A stretch of DNA of 64,000 nt from positions 1 through 64,000 of the IMG/VR virus record IMGVR_UViG_3300011115_000844. One strand, given 5' to 3'. This stretch comes from a virus. The position numbers and the translations under genes are program-made. The stretch's first letter is position 1; each line of letters opens with the position of its first letter. The notes under the pieces are model-generated. The model saw nothing but the letters and a program-made list of their open reading frames with translations, did no database searches and was not told the DNA's origin. Below, in pieces: positions 63,345 through 64,000 of the stretch.

Positions 63345-63998
63345 TTACCAACTAATTTCCCAATCTTTAAATTCTGATGCAAGGCAATCAATCTTATAAT
63401 CTTTGCGACCACCTACAACTTCTTGTATTTTATTTTTGGCAGTATTTCTTATACCATTAATACCATGAGTTAATTCTAAATTGTTACCGTCTTTAATTCC
63501 TTTACGGTAATTTGATTCATTGTGCCAAATATGTAGGTTCATTTGAGAAAGCACAACTATTGCTCTAATTGTTTCAGAAGTGATTTTTTCACCACTTGCA
63601 TCAATCAGCAATTGTATATCGTGTACAATGTCTTTTATTTCTTCTGCATATTCTTTTTTATGGTCAGCAATAAATACTTCCTTTAATTGTGCAATGCTTA
63701 ATCTGTCAATTAATTCGGCAAGTGTTGGCAGGTATTTTCTTTCTTTATGGAATTTCATACTTTGAGCAGAGTTTTTAGTAAAATCCATTAAAGTATCAAA
63801 ATCAAAATTACTTGGGTCAATAGCATTGGGTAAATCCAATTTCTCTTTAGGGTTTATAATACTTTTATTTGAAGGAGCATGAAATTCATATATTTTTTGA
63901 TTCCCTTTTTCATGCCAAGTTTGTATTGAAAAATGTCCACCATGCTTTTGTATTTCTTCATGTGGATAGCCATTATCAATTACCCAATCAATTACATT
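63345..63998 (-). CDS. Partial CDS that runs off the window; C-terminal LAELIDRLSI helical domain
   Basis: Frame stays open from 63839 to the window edge, so the TTG start in the ORF track is probably not the true start. Confidence 0.65.
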   Translation of the reverse strand, partial: NVIDWVIDNGYPHEEIQKHGGHFSIQTWHEKGNQKIYEFHAPSNKSIINPKEKLDLPNAIDPSNFDFDTLMDFTKNSAQSMKFHKERKYLPTLAELIDRLSIAQLKEVFIADHKKEYAEEIKDIVHDIQLLIDASGEKITSETIRAIVVLSQMNLHIWHNESNYRKGIKDGNNLELTHGINGIRNTAKNKIQEVVGGRKDYKIDCLASEFKDWEISW

Positions 63999-64000
63999 CA

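Noticed and set aside
16630-63765. Many plus-strand ORFs opposite long minus-strand genes (e.g. 48348..48950, 56283..56816, 39855..40196)
   Set aside because: They are antisense shadows of coding genes, with no motifs or initiation context
1-64000. CRISPR array or Cas system (Cas4-like gene at 10591)
   Set aside because: No regularly spaced repeat-spacer array was seen; the nuclease is better explained as the RecT partner exonuclease

Overview
AT-rich, gene-dense bacteriophage sequence read in the standard genetic code. The host is very probably a Bacteroidota species: there are repeated TAnnTTTG promoters, A-rich translation starts without Shine-Dalgarno sequences, and a protein with SprB-like repeats. 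Layout: (1) 1-~690, non-coding and G-skewed, possibly a terminus or origin. (2) 0.7-2.3 kb, minus strand: lysis genes and tRNA-Gln(UUG). (3) 2.3-14.5 kb, plus strand: early/replication block with an HTH protein, a tiny PolB-like palm protein, a Cas4/RecB-like exonuclease, RecT and a methyltransferase. (4) 14.5-44.8 kb, minus strand: virion block with an FtsK/HerA (A32-like) packaging ATPase, a candidate beta-rich major capsid protein with paralogs, more than 25 small proteins with one terminal transmembrane helix, membrane-anchored lysins, three fibre genes sharing an MADFG N-terminus, and a glycosyltransferase/sulfotransferase/APS-kinase cassette. (5) 44.9-59.7 kb: polyvalent proteins whose domains are separated by a repeated [FYM]-A-[DKN]-G-G motif, plus a MoxR-type ATPase carrying a class 3 intein and a VWA-like partner. 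(6) 60-64 kb: glycosylation genes. No terminase, portal, HK97 capsid or tail genes were recognised, so this looks like a large tailless, membrane-containing virus (inference). The leading novelty candidate is the GG-punctuated cassette polyproteins, which may be proteolytically processed and/or shuffled by recombination. All family calls come from motifs recognised by eye; no searches were run.
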